A stretch of DNA of 64,000 bases from Nitrosopumilaceae archaeon (GCA_965208905.1 OZ242365.1:96001-160000), one strand, 5' to 3'. Shown: positions 1 through 10,269, numbered from the stretch's first letter. Notes: generated by a model not told the origin, from the sequence alone. Program-made: numbers and translations.

Positions 1-981
1 AAATTTCTTCAAAATATATATGAATTAGGCATTAGGACCATATTTGCCGATACAGTTAACACATTTGATGTTCCATTAAATGTGATACGTCCCAGCGGGG
101 ATTCTACATATGTCTGGGAAAGTGATAATAATGAGCGAGCAGGCAGGCGCTATCATATACTGTCTAATGCCGACATACAGATTATGCTCAATGACGCATC
201 TGCTGGGCTAGACTTTGTTATAGCTGATGTGGATGACTGGAAGATAATACCATTAGAGAATACAATTGCCAAACTGCACGATGTGGACTCAAAGATACTG
301 GTTGTGGCCAAGACGGCCGATGAGGCGCGCAAGATGTTCTCCATACTGGACATTGGTGTGGATGGTGTCATCTTGGAGACAGACTCTATACAGGAGGTCT
401 CAAATACAGTATCCCTCCAAGACCAGTCATCCTTTGAGATGATACCTGCCCGAGTTACCGCAGTTCGCGAGGTCGGTGATGGTGAAAGGGTCTGTGTTGA
501 TACGGCATCCATCCTACACATGGGTGAAGGGCTATTGGTGGGCAACCGTTCAAACTTTCTATTCCTAATACATAACGAGTCGGTAGGCTCATCCTTTACA
601 TCCCCCCGCCCGTTTCGTGTAAATGCTGGTGCCGTCCACTGCTATACACTATCTCCTGATGGTACAACCAGGTATCTATCTGAGATAGAGAGCGGCTCTG
701 AAGTAGTAGTAGTCACAAAGAGTGGTGCTTCACGTCGCGCCATAACCGGACGCTCAAAGATAGAGCGGCGACCCATGCTGTTTGTTACCGCTACCACATC
801 TTCAGAGTCTGGAGGAATAATTGCCCAAAACGCTGAGACAATACGATTTGTACGTCCTGATGGTGAGCTGGTGTCGGTGACACACCTAAAGGAAGGAGAT
901 GAGATAATGGTACATGCTACACCTGCCGCCGGACGTCACTTTGGCATGAAGGTGGCAAGTGAGTATATACTGGAGAAATGA
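1..981 (+). CDS. aroB': 3-dehydroquinate synthase II (archaeal type), 5'-truncated by window edge
   Basis: Frame is open from base 1. Motifs GERVCVDT, RPFRVNAGAVHCY, KIERRP, QNAETIR; heads the aro operon. Confidence 0.9.
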   Translation, partial: KFLQNIYELGIRTIFADTVNTFDVPLNVIRPSGDSTYVWESDNNERAGRRYHILSNADIQIMLNDASAGLDFVIADVDDWKIIPLENTIAKLHDVDSKILVVAKTADEARKMFSILDIGVDGVILETDSIQEVSNTVSLQDQSSFEMIPARVTAVREVGDGERVCVDTASILHMGEGLLVGNRSNFLFLIHNESVGSSFTSPRPFRVNAGAVHCYTLSPDGTTRYLSEIESGSEVVVVTKSGASRRAITGRSKIERRPMLFVTATTSSESGGIIAQNAETIRFVRPDGELVSVTHLKEGDEIMVHATPAAGRHFGMKVASEYILEK

Positions 982-1643
982 AGTATACCACATGCGTCTC
1001 CATAGCTAACCAGTCCCCCGAAGCTATACTGTTGCAGATTGATGAGGTGTTAAAGTCATCCAAATATGTGGAGCTGCGACTGGACTATTTGAAATCTACT
1101 GATGATGTGATGTATCTTCTAAAGAAGGCTACTCCATATATGGGTAATGTAATCTGCACCCTAAGACCCAAGCGTGAAGGAGGTCTGTACGATGGTACAG
1201 AATCCCAGCGAATACAACTACTAAAAACTATATCTGAGTACAAACCTTACCTTTTAGATGTGGAGTATTCTACTATAGCAAAGACCAATCTTGCCGATGA
1301 TCTATTATCTGACATAATGGTGTCTTGGCATGATTTTGAAGGCACCCCAAAATTAAATACGCTTATACATCAAATGAACCAGATGGCCGACTATTCAAAT
1401 GTAGTAAAGATAGCTACATTTGCCAAGAGTACTATGGATGTCGCCAAAGTCTTGGCATTATACGCTCATGCAAAGACACCTTCTCTGGTAGCCTTTGCCA
1501 TGGGTAATACAGGCCGATACAGCCGGCTCTGTGCAATGCATATGGGTAGCCCGTTCATGTATGTTTATGTGGGCAAGGCTGTGGCGCCTAGCCAATACTC
1601 ACTTCAAGATGTACGGAAGATAGAAGAGGAAGGTGTGCTATAA
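978..1643 (+). CDS. aroD: 3-dehydroquinate dehydratase type I
   Basis: VELRLD, TLRPKREGG, SWHDF, KIAT, AMG..G..SR motifs; overlaps upstream stop. Confidence 0.9.
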   Translation: MKYTTCVSIANQSPEAILLQIDEVLKSSKYVELRLDYLKSTDDVMYLLKKATPYMGNVICTLRPKREGGLYDGTESQRIQLLKTISEYKPYLLDVEYSTIAKTNLADDLLSDIMVSWHDFEGTPKLNTLIHQMNQMADYSNVVKIATFAKSTMDVAKVLALYAHAKTPSLVAFAMGNTGRYSRLCAMHMGSPFMYVYVGKAVAPSQYSLQDVRKIEEEGVL

Positions 1644-2472
1644 GATAATGACTGTCAAAAACACAAAAGCATTTGCCATAATAGGCGACCCCATCGACCA
1701 TTCTTTGTCGCCGACAATTCACAATGCAGCGTATAGGCGCTTGGGTATGAACTGCATGTATATGGCGTATCGTGTACGGGCCGATGAGTTAGAGGAGGGC
1801 GTAGAGTCACTCAAAGAGGCCAATATACAAGGGTTCAATGTTACAATTCCCCATAAGGTAAGTATAATGAAGTATTTAGATCATTATGATCAAACATGTA
1901 ATATCATAGGCGCAACCAATACTGTACGTATGAAAGATGGCGTATCATACGGGTACAACACAGATATGGACGGATTCTTAAAACCTCTGATAGATAGGAA
2001 GGTTCAACTCAAAGATGCAAACGTATTGCTTTTGGGGGCGGGCGGTTCGGCGCGGGCCGCGGCATTTGGGTTTATCAAACATAAAGTGAACAGCATACGT
2101 GTATGTAATCGTACAATAAGCAAGGCCGAGTTACTCTCTGAATTTTGTCGTGAATACGGGGTGTCATCAGATGCGGGACCCATACCTGATAGCATACATG
2201 CTGAATTTGATATAGTGGTGAATAGTACCTCGCTGGGAATGGGTGGCGGACAACCTACAGATGTAAAAAATATATCGCCAAACACGACAGTATATGATAT
2301 AGTGTATAGGCCTATAACCACGCCCCTACTGAAACAGGCCTCTGAGGCCGGGGCGCAGATCATACCCGGATGGGAGATGCTACTACATCAGGCAGAGTTG
2401 GCATTTGAGATACTCACAGATGCAAAGGCGCCCAGTGATGCCATGCGCCGTAGTCTTTTGGGAGGCTTTTGA
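1633..2472 (+). CDS. aroE: Shikimate dehydrogenase (start may be ATG 1648)
   Basis: GDPIDHSLSP, NVTIPHK, NTD, GAGGSA, DIVYRP motifs. Confidence 0.95.
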   Translation: MCYKIMTVKNTKAFAIIGDPIDHSLSPTIHNAAYRRLGMNCMYMAYRVRADELEEGVESLKEANIQGFNVTIPHKVSIMKYLDHYDQTCNIIGATNTVRMKDGVSYGYNTDMDGFLKPLIDRKVQLKDANVLLLGAGGSARAAAFGFIKHKVNSIRVCNRTISKAELLSEFCREYGVSSDAGPIPDSIHAEFDIVVNSTSLGMGGGQPTDVKNISPNTTVYDIVYRPITTPLLKQASEAGAQIIPGWEMLLHQAELAFEILTDAKAPSDAMRRSLLGGF

Positions 2473-3320
2473 TGAGGAGTGCCCTGGCTACTACGCATGG
2501 GGCCATATCTTTGGTGAATGCAATAGGTACCGGACATGGTGTTACCATGGGCACATCACTTACCACAACTGTTCGTATGTCGACTGTGCCTGGTAAAGGC
2601 ATTACTATACACACGCGCAACCAGAGCTCAAAGATGATAGCCTTTACCATACAGAACATAGTGCCTTCTCATGAATTGGGGCGCAACAAGATAAACGTCT
2701 GGGTGGACTCACAAGTGCCCGTTGGTTGTGGTCTTAAAAGTTCCAGCGCAGTTTCTACTGCAGTGGCCATGGCATGCTCTAACGTATTTGATCTGGATGT
2801 GCCCGAAAAGAAGTTGTTAGCGGCCGGAATGGATGCATCCATTCGTTCTGGTGTCAGTATAACGGGGGCATACGATGATGTCTGTGGGTGCTACTATGGA
2901 GGAATAAATCTGGCGTACAACTACAAGGCAATCCGATTTCGTCGAGATCGTATATCTTCAGACCTCAAGGTGGTGTTGTTCATACCTAATAATCGTACCC
3001 GCAAGAATCCCAGGAACTTGAAGAAGATGGCACATGTGCTGGATGCTGCATGGCGGCTGGCCAAGGATGGGCGTTATTGGGATGCCATGCTGATGAACGG
3101 TCTGGCCGTCTCGCCTATACTGGGGCCGGATCCCTACATATTGAATATGTTGTTGAATGCTGGAGCTGTTGGCGCGTCATTGTCTGGGAATGGGCCAACT
3201 ATAGCTGCAGTGGTTTATGGTGGTGAGGTACGTGATGTTGAGAAGGTATTTCAGACATTACCGGGGCATACTATAATAACTGCCATAAACAACACAAAGG
3301 CATACTCTCATGAATTGTAG
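2469..3320 (+). CDS. aroK: Archaeal shikimate kinase (GHMP family)
   Basis: PVGCGLKSSSA GHMP motif, ITGAYDD, SGNGP; operon context. Confidence 0.93.
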   Translation: MMRSALATTHGAISLVNAIGTGHGVTMGTSLTTTVRMSTVPGKGITIHTRNQSSKMIAFTIQNIVPSHELGRNKINVWVDSQVPVGCGLKSSSAVSTAVAMACSNVFDLDVPEKKLLAAGMDASIRSGVSITGAYDDVCGCYYGGINLAYNYKAIRFRRDRISSDLKVVLFIPNNRTRKNPRNLKKMAHVLDAAWRLAKDGRYWDAMLMNGLAVSPILGPDPYILNMLLNAGAVGASLSGNGPTIAAVVYGGEVRDVEKVFQTLPGHTIITAINNTKAYSHEL

Positions 3321-4572
3321 TGTATCAAAGTCCATACTCTCTGGTAGTATTACATGTCCGCCCAACAAGAGCTATACCCATAGGGCAATATTTTTGGCGT
3401 CATTGGCAGGGAGGGATAGCCGTGTTACAAATGTATTAGTATCTGGTGATACGATGGCCACAGTGCAGGCATGCAGGGCAATGGGAGCATCTTTGGATAT
3501 TCAGAATGATGACCTCACAGTTCATGATGCTATATGTCCATCTGGGGATGTATCCATCGATGCGGCAAACTCGGGCACAACAATACGGTTGGCATCTGCC
3601 ATATCTGCTGTATATCCATGTACTGCCAGACTATATGGAGATGAGTCGTTACAGAAGAGGCCCATGCAGCCACTCTTGGACTCGTTGGAGATGGTGGGCG
3701 CTAAATGCTCATCAACAGATGGCTGTGCTCCGTTAAGTGTATCTGGCCCTATGAACGGAGGTGCTGTATCCGTACAGGGTAACTTATCCAGTCAGTTTGT
3801 CTCGGCCCTAATGATGGCTGCTCCTCTGACCAGCCGTGGCTTGGATGTGACTATTCAGGGCGAGATGGTGTCAAAGCCGTATCTGGATATGAGTCTGGCT
3901 ACAATGCGCCACTTTGGTGTTGGTGTTAGAACAATACTGCCGTACAAGCGATATGAGATACAACCTCAAATGTATAGGCCCGCCTCTTTTACCATTCCCA
4001 TGGACTACTCTAGCATGGCATTGTTGCTATCTGCAGCAGTTCTTTGCGGGAATGATCTAGAGATATTGGGCTGCATGGATGACCTTCCACAGGGAGATGA
4101 GGTCTTTATAGATATATTAGACATGTTGGGCGTTGACGTATATACTGGCAATGACTCCACCCGTATATCCAATGATGCTAAATTAAACGGAGGTGTATTT
4201 AATCTGGGCAACTCTCCAGATCTACTACCGCCATTGGCAATTCTTGCATTAAAGACCTCAAAACCGATAACCATAACAGATACGAGCCATGCTCGACTCA
4301 AAGAGACTGATCGTATATCTATAATATCCTCTGAGCTGACTAAACTGGGTGTTAAAGTAAAAGAGAACCCTGATGGCATGGTGTTGTATCCATCTGACTC
4401 ATTACATGGAGCCACATTAAACTCGCATGATGACCACAGATTATTCATGGCTTTCTGTATCGCTGCTATGTATGTGGGCGATTGTACAGTTACTGGTGCC
4501 GAATCTGCAGCAATATCATATCCAAATTTTGTAAATGATCTAAAGAGTATTGGTGCCCGAATAGATATTTGA
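3310..4572 (+). CDS. aroA: 3-phosphoshikimate 1-carboxyvinyltransferase (EPSP synthase)
   Basis: KSYTHR, NSGTT, SSQF, RLKETDRI, DHR motifs. Confidence 0.96.
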   Translation: MNCSVSKSILSGSITCPPNKSYTHRAIFLASLAGRDSRVTNVLVSGDTMATVQACRAMGASLDIQNDDLTVHDAICPSGDVSIDAANSGTTIRLASAISAVYPCTARLYGDESLQKRPMQPLLDSLEMVGAKCSSTDGCAPLSVSGPMNGGAVSVQGNLSSQFVSALMMAAPLTSRGLDVTIQGEMVSKPYLDMSLATMRHFGVGVRTILPYKRYEIQPQMYRPASFTIPMDYSSMALLLSAAVLCGNDLEILGCMDDLPQGDEVFIDILDMLGVDVYTGNDSTRISNDAKLNGGVFNLGNSPDLLPPLAILALKTSKPITITDTSHARLKETDRISIISSELTKLGVKVKENPDGMVLYPSDSLHGATLNSHDDHRLFMAFCIAAMYVGDCTVTGAESAAISYPNFVNDLKSIGARIDI

Positions 4573-4848
4573 GGTATCAGGGACGTGTTCTGTGGATGGT
4601 TACACAAAAATTCCCGTACTTGTGCATGTCCATAGAACCAGTCAAGATAATTCCCAAAGATGCGAAAGTAAATCCCCTAGGCAGATGAGTATTACGCCAT
4701 ATGTGTGGGAAGTGAGATATGGTGTCAGCTGATGCCCGTGCTAGAAAGAAGGAAGGTATGCGCCTAAAAGGTCATAGACACGTATACTGACAGCCACCAT
4801 AAGACAGTAATCTTTGGACTCATGACCTCCAACGCAACTAAAGGTTCA

Positions 4849-4865
4849 GTGTGGGAGACTGCGCA
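4849..4865 (+). repeat. Copy of 17-bp motif GTG(T/G)GGGAGACTGCGCA, probable IS terminal sequence
   Basis: 16/17 match to 39311-39327 and to the reverse complement of 41758-41774. Confidence 0.6.
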
Positions 4866-5087
4866 CGGTTTTTGGAATTAATAATGCACATGATGGGGAA
4901 TCTGCACTCTATACCTAAACGTCGTGTACAACACCACATTCAAAGTGTAACAATGAAGACGATTGCAATCATTAGTTGTCTGTACTTTTACCATGCTGTA
5001 TATTCACATCGAATCCATGCACATACAAATGAGTATGTGCCCCCATGACAAGAAGGACTCAAATAATATAATTATACATGCGTTGTA

Positions 5088-5471
5088 ATGGACGAACCAG
5101 TAGCAGATATACGTAGTCGGCTTACGCCAGAACAGTATGATGTATGTTTTAACAAGGGTACCGAACCACCATTCACTGGCAAATACTACAACCATAAAGA
5201 GTCAGGAATGTACATCTGTGTATGTTGTGGCGCTTCACTCTTTGAATCCACATCAAAGTTTGACTCTGGTACCGGTTGGCCCAGCTTTACAGAGCCGTCA
5301 AGAGACGACTCGGTACAATTCCATCAGGATGCATCATATGGAATGATTCGCACCGAGGTGACGTGTAAAAGGTGTAATGCACATCTAGGACATGTCTTTG
5401 ATGATGGCCCGGGCCCTACACGACTTCGATTCTGCATTAACTCTGCATCTTTGAATTTTAGGGATGATTAG
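5088..5471 (+). CDS. msrB: Peptide methionine-R-sulfoxide reductase
   Basis: [32 protein letters not shown]. Confidence 0.97.
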   Translation: MDEPVADIRSRLTPEQYDVCFNKGTEPPFTGKYYNHKESGMYICVCCGASLFESTSKFDSGTGWPSFTEPSRDDSVQFHQDASYGMIRTEVTCKRCNAHLGHVFDDGPGPTRLRFCINSASLNFRDD

Positions 5472-6487
5472 AACCACTTATCTAGCGTCTCACTCTTTTT
5501 TGATATCGTCTTCTTCATTCTGTTTAGTGTTTGTAGTGTTCTTGTCTCTGCAAAGCTTCGTTCAGTCATATACTTGAGTATCTCTTCGTACCGAATACTA
5601 CCAAAAGTAATATCTTTTACATCTGCTACATCCGGCTCCAAAAATATGCGACGAATCTCCTGATATGGAATGTCTGCCAAATCATCCTGTATGCGAGGTA
5701 TGTCTTCCAAACCAGCATGCTTTTTGATCATTTTGATGGCGGTCTTTGGGCCTATGCGCGGTATGCCTGATGGATTAAAGTCTGTACCGATCATTATTCC
5801 GACATCCACCAACTGTTCACGACTGATGCCGTGCGATTCTAAAATGCTGGTAAGATGTATGAGTTCCGGTTCAACTGTAATGTAATAATTTTGGTTGGGT
5901 ATCTTGCGTCTTCCGCCACTGGTAAAGTTACGCACCAGTCTCTGAGCTCCAAACAGCACCGAGTCATAGTCTTGGCTAGCCGATGCCCAGGCCTGCCCTG
6001 TAGTAGTTAGGTGGGCTGCCGTGGCTTCCCCCTCGGATGGTGCCTGTATTGTGGGTATGCCGAACAAGTCCAGTAACTCTTTTGACTCTTTGATCATGGA
6101 ATCTTGTATTACCGTGGTCTGCTGAGCATACTTTTTTGCCAACTCCACATCTCCTTCTAGGCGTGCCTGCTCGTATCGTATACTTGCCGTCATCTTTGAT
6201 GCCTTACGCCTCTCAATTTCAGCGGCTTTAAGTGATGGGGGCTTACCATCAAATATCCAGACAGGTTTTATTCCCATGGATAAAAAGTTGGCGTTACGAT
6301 GTAACAGACCGCTAAGGTGGCTGGTAATCTGATCGTTTAGGTCAGAAAGCAACTGACCATCGCTACCCCGAATTGTAGTTAAAAACTGGTAGAGTGAGTT
6401 ATAGGCATCTATGGCAACTATCTTTCCGTTAAATACTTCAAGAGATGTCTTCTCTCGCACAACTATGTCTTTGAGATTTAGACCCAT
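5468..6487 (-). CDS. fen: Flap endonuclease 1
   Basis: [33 protein letters not shown]; C-terminal PIP-like ETLDKWF. Confidence 0.97.
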   Translation of the reverse strand: MGLNLKDIVVREKTSLEVFNGKIVAIDAYNSLYQFLTTIRGSDGQLLSDLNDQITSHLSGLLHRNANFLSMGIKPVWIFDGKPPSLKAAEIERRKASKMTASIRYEQARLEGDVELAKKYAQQTTVIQDSMIKESKELLDLFGIPTIQAPSEGEATAAHLTTTGQAWASASQDYDSVLFGAQRLVRNFTSGGRRKIPNQNYYITVEPELIHLTSILESHGISREQLVDVGIMIGTDFNPSGIPRIGPKTAIKMIKKHAGLEDIPRIQDDLADIPYQEIRRIFLEPDVADVKDITFGSIRYEEILKYMTERSFAETRTLQTLNRMKKTISKKSETLDKWF

Positions 6488-6672
6488 GAATAATCCTTCA
6501 TCTTCATCTATTTTGAGATTGTGGTGTATGTCTCCTGCAAATATATGGAATTATTGTAGTGTATGTACAACTCGAGAATTATAGAGAAAAAAAAGATTCC
6601 GATGGGCTAAATATGAAGATCAAACTTGCAGGAGGCACTCTACTATATAGGGGATATCGATTGTAATAGTTT

Positions 6673-6755
6673 GTCAGGATAGCCAAGTGGTTACGGCGGC
6701 GGTCTCGAAAACCGCTACGCGCAAGCGTGCAAGGGTTCAAATCCCTTTCCTGGCG
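6673..6755 (+). tRNA. tRNA-Ser(CGA)
   Basis: Acceptor GTCAGGA/TCCTGGC+G, anticodon arm GCGGT-CTCGAAA-ACCGC, long variable arm, T-loop GTTCAAATC; TATA-like TATATA near 6644. Confidence 0.93.
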
Positions 6756-6956
6756 CTACTCATAGAAACTATATAGTTAAGGACAAATCATGTATAACTC
6801 TTAAATACTCTTTTGGTCTATATACTATGAAGAGAAATGCCATATGAAGAAGTTTGTTACCAGAGACTAGAAAGAGAAAATCCGGAGGAATACCGGTCAT
6901 TACGTAACAAAAAATAAAACTCATCTCTTTTTCTGACATGTCTGATGTGTTCTTAA

Positions 6957-7100
6957 GGGAATTATATACAAAAGTACACAGCCTCGGCTGTACACTCATG
7001 CCTTTTCTGACGGCCTCGTTGTATGGAGCGGAGCATGGCGGGTGTTGGCTTGTAGTCCTCCTTGTGCCCCGGCCGTCTTAGGACGACGTTCCCCGCCGCC
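6957..7100 (-). ncRNA. Putative omega/reRNA scaffold overlapping tnpB 3' end (homologous copy at ~20544-20690)
   Basis: Minus-strand pairings GACGGCC/GGCCGTC and hairpin AGTGTACAGC-CGAG-GCTGTGTACT are kept in copy 2 through G-U substitutions; position is typical of TnpB omegaRNA. Confidence 0.6.
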
Positions 7101-8314
7101 CTATACAGAATATTCCAGGCGGCATTGACATCCGCGTGGAATACCCCGGTACAATTAGTGCAAATGAACTTATCGCGTGATATACGCGACTCTGAATCTA
7201 CGTGACCACACACATGGCACATCTGGCTCGTATATTTGGCCGATGCCCCCAACAGCGGTATGTTGTGCATCTCACACCACTGCGCAAGCTTGCGCAGGAA
7301 CTCCCCAACATGGTTCTCCCGCATTGAACGGTTCATGGCGCGTTTGTAATTCCCGCCATGTGTGGTCATGTCTTTTACGGAGAGCGACTCGACCACGACT
7401 GCGTCCATACCATTAGTTATCTGCGCAATCGTCTGATTTATGGTGTTCGCAGCTATGTTGTTGGCCTTCCTGTATAGCCGCTTTATTTGATCATTCAATA
7501 TATGCCACTTCCGGCCATGCCGTGTCTTGCGGTCGCGCAAACTCTTGAGAGCGTCAATATCCCGCAGGATTGCTCTATGGCGGGTGTTGTGTATTGTAAC
7601 GTTGCCGTCCGTATCTACCGTGACGGCGAGATGCTTGCCGCCCACATCAACGCCACGCATTACACCCGTAGTATGGTGCGACTCTACCGGTTCATGTATG
7701 GCAATATGCAGCTCAAACATGTGGTCTGATGGTTTGGTATGCTTGTCTATACGTTTGGTGACATCAACTATCTTGAATGAGCGCATGTCCCATAATACAT
7801 TGATGGGCTTGGCGGTCTCTGCAATACCATATCCGGGGATATGTATGGTGCGCTCACCTTTTCGTACAGGCGGATTTACACTGTATAGTATGATGCGGCC
7901 GTCTTTGCGGCGGTATGGCGCATGGCCGGAGTTGTCATCCATGACTATCCTACATGCGACGGATGCATCTTGTATGGCGCCCCTGCCAAACACCATAGGC
8001 AAGTCAGATACCCATACATGTTCAGCGCGCCACTCCGTAAGCTGCTTGAACATGCCGTACTTTAATGCCATCTTTGACGGCCCAAAATCATATGTATGGT
8101 AGTCATCGTCCAGCATACCTGATGTAAAATCCAGCTTGCCCGGCAGTTTGAAGGGCTGCAGGATGTCCACTACCACCCTCTCCATATATTCGCCACCAAA
8201 CAAATACTCTGATACGGCGCGGTTGTACACATATCTTGACGCATGATTCGTGCGGTGCGCCCACTCTGCAAACAACACAGCCCTCCGTAGTGGTACCTTA
8301 ACTATCCGTACCAT
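6962..8314 (-). CDS. tnpB: RNA-guided endonuclease TnpB
   Basis: RuvC-I GVDVG, RuvC-II VVESL, zinc finger CHVCG..CTNC, RuvC-III HADVNAAWNI; catalytic D/E/D intact; stop codon lies inside the TIR. Confidence 0.92.
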   Translation of the reverse strand: MVRIVKVPLRRAVLFAEWAHRTNHASRYVYNRAVSEYLFGGEYMERVVVDILQPFKLPGKLDFTSGMLDDDYHTYDFGPSKMALKYGMFKQLTEWRAEHVWVSDLPMVFGRGAIQDASVACRIVMDDNSGHAPYRRKDGRIILYSVNPPVRKGERTIHIPGYGIAETAKPINVLWDMRSFKIVDVTKRIDKHTKPSDHMFELHIAIHEPVESHHTTGVMRGVDVGGKHLAVTVDTDGNVTIHNTRHRAILRDIDALKSLRDRKTRHGRKWHILNDQIKRLYRKANNIAANTINQTIAQITNGMDAVVVESLSVKDMTTHGGNYKRAMNRSMRENHVGEFLRKLAQWCEMHNIPLLGASAKYTSQMCHVCGHVDSESRISRDKFICTNCTGVFHADVNAAWNILYRAAGNVVLRRPGHKEDYKPTPAMLRSIQRGRQKRHECTAEAVYFCI

Positions 8315-8426
8315 AATATATAATACGGTATGCTGGTATTTAAAGGGAGTTGTATGGACGCGATCCGTGGTTCAGGCATTAACTCTCAGAATCGGGGTTG
8401 TGTACTTTTGTATATAATTCCCGTTC

Positions 8427-8741
8427 TTAACTATGGTGTCCCGGACCCACCATGTCTTCGGCCGGCACTTCGTTGTCCCATTTACCTCTATATCCCTTAA
8501 CCAAAGCGAATATTCCGGCACCGATCAGTCCCAACACCAATCCAAAGAATGCCATCGAATATGATGCGCCAACGCCACAATCGGCAGGTTCGGGCGGACC
8601 ATCTTCAGAGTAATTCATACAGTCGTTGAACTCTGCATTCTGTACATTGATGTCACGGTATTGGTCTCCAAAGACGCCCAACACCAAAAATCCAGCAAAC
8701 ACCAAAGCCACACCGACCATAATAAAACGTATATCACTCAT
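8427..8741 (-). CDS. Small two-TM membrane protein
   Basis: Two hydrophobic helices flank a Cys-containing loop. Confidence 0.75.
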   Translation of the reverse strand: MSDIRFIMVGVALVFAGFLVLGVFGDQYRDINVQNAEFNDCMNYSEDGPPEPADCGVGASYSMAFFGLVLGLIGAGIFALVKGYRGKWDNEVPAEDMVGPGHHS

Positions 8742-8759
8742 AGTATAGATGCCACATAC

Positions 8760-8969
8760 TCACTTTTTAAGTATGGGATTACCTTCACCATCATTTGCCC
8801 TCTCTGCATCGAATGGCTCCATGTGGGCTGCCTCACGATGCATATAACTGTGGGTCGCCCCCATCTCCTTCCTACAAAATTTTTTGTGGATGGCCGTTTC
8901 TACCTTCAAAGTGGTTTCATTCTCATGATAGAGACGAATTCCGCAATCCTTGCATACGAACTCGGGCAT
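8760..8969 (-). CDS. Small putative zinc-binding protein
   Basis: CxxC...HxxxC pattern; ATG at 8969. Confidence 0.65.
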   Translation of the reverse strand: MPEFVCKDCGIRLYHENETTLKVETAIHKKFCRKEMGATHSYMHREAAHMEPFDAERANDGEGNPILKK

Positions 8970-9054
8970 ATCATAATTAAAGAAAAAATCCATATATTTG
9001 TTTCAAATAGGATCAAAAGGCTTGATGCAAGCCCAGATGTATAAAAATAGAAAA

Positions 9055-9864
9055 TTAAAGTTTAGGAACCAAAGAGAGTCTAGACCGTGCTGATAATACT
9101 ATTATGGATGTTATGGCTCCAGCAAGAACCACAACGGCAATTGTACCAAACTCGGGAACGGCTACGGATGTACCGACTATCTCTATCTGACTAGTACCGG
9201 CATAAAACTCAACGTTTATTGTGCGACTATCGGCACCAGACGACATCTCATCATAGGGTACTTCTTCACCATCTACAAGCACAAAGAATTGATCATCGGT
9301 ACCATCTGCTAACTGAGAGTCTATGAGTTCACGCGGCAGTGTTATGGTGATATGTCCATCGTCTGCGGACTCTATATCTATGAGCATTGAGTTGGTCTGA
9401 GGATTGGTATACATGGCCATCACACTACCGCCCATAATGTCGTACTGGGGCTCAAACTCAGTCCCATCGACCATCATTCCTGGTGTGTGCATTGCTGTAT
9501 ACATAAACGTCGTCTGTCCTATTCGGGGTGAGTTGACATGTAGTGAATATGTGGCTGTGACTGTGTACATTCCATCATGTCTCATTGTGTCCCCGGCGAG
9601 CAGTGTAAATGTGAACATGTTGTCCGGGCCGATCATTGGTTGACCTATGGCCACCAAGTCATTGTTCGGCGAGTGTACTTGTATTGTTATGCCGCCAGTG
9701 TGCCTCTGCAAGACCTGACCAGTGATTACTATGACATCTCCGTCTGCATATGACTCCATGTCCGTAGATACTGTTACGTACTCGCTCTGCTGCGCAGAAG
9801 CAGGCGCCAGCGCAAGACCTGTCATCATTGCAATTGCCAGTATTGCTGCTAAAGTTATCTTCAT
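9055..9864 (-). CDS. PEFG-CTERM sorting-domain surface protein
   Basis: Signal peptide MKITLAAIL..; C-terminal VPEFG + TM helix + basic tail. Confidence 0.9.
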   Translation of the reverse strand: MKITLAAILAIAMMTGLALAPASAQQSEYVTVSTDMESYADGDVIVITGQVLQRHTGGITIQVHSPNNDLVAIGQPMIGPDNMFTFTLLAGDTMRHDGMYTVTATYSLHVNSPRIGQTTFMYTAMHTPGMMVDGTEFEPQYDIMGGSVMAMYTNPQTNSMLIDIESADDGHITITLPRELIDSQLADGTDDQFFVLVDGEEVPYDEMSSGADSRTINVEFYAGTSQIEIVGTSVAVPEFGTIAVVVLAGAITSIIVLSARSRLSLVPKL

Positions 9865-10017
9865 TATAATATCCCCTGTCACTTTTTTATTTAAATGTGT
9901 AATCAATATTCGTTGGCTTTTAGCTCAACTTTTTTAATCTAACTTTAAATCTAATTAACTATATATAGAGACCTTATGTTTGTACATTAACTTTGTGTGT
10001 TGCTGAGGTAGGTATTA

Positions 10018-10269
10018 GTGGTAGTTAGAAGAAATAAAATTTTGGTACCGGATCATGAATACGTCCCTGTACATGAGATAATGACCAGAGAAGAAGCTCA
10101 AGAGGTGCTTGATAGATACAACTGTACTCCAACTGAACTACCTTTGATCTATGTGACGGATCCTGCAATAGTTGGTTTGGGTGTTCGGCCTGGAGATATG
10201 ATCAGAATCCTGCGCAAGAGTCCCACGGCAGGTGAGAGTATATACTATAGGTATGTGGTGGATGTATGA
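10018..10269 (+). CDS. rpoH: RNA polymerase subunit H (Rpo5)
   Basis: HEYVPVHEI, LPLI..TDP, RKSPTAG..YYRYV. Confidence 0.96.
   Translation: MVVRRNKILVPDHEYVPVHEIMTREEAQEVLDRYNCTPTELPLIYVTDPAIVGLGVRPGDMIRILRKSPTAGESIYYRYVVDV

Larger units (their letters stand above)
6957..8422 (-). mobile_element. TnpB-only element copy 1 with 24-bp TIRs and 8-bp TSD
   Basis: GGGAATTATATACAAAAGTACACA at 6957-6980 and its exact reverse complement at 8399-8422; GTTCTTAA duplicated at 6949-6956 and 8423-8430. Confidence 0.92.

Noticed and set aside
6673-6956. tRNA-Ser as the integration site of an island
   Set aside because: No duplicated tRNA 3' end and no integrase seen; the TnpB element lies 200 bp away with its own TSD.
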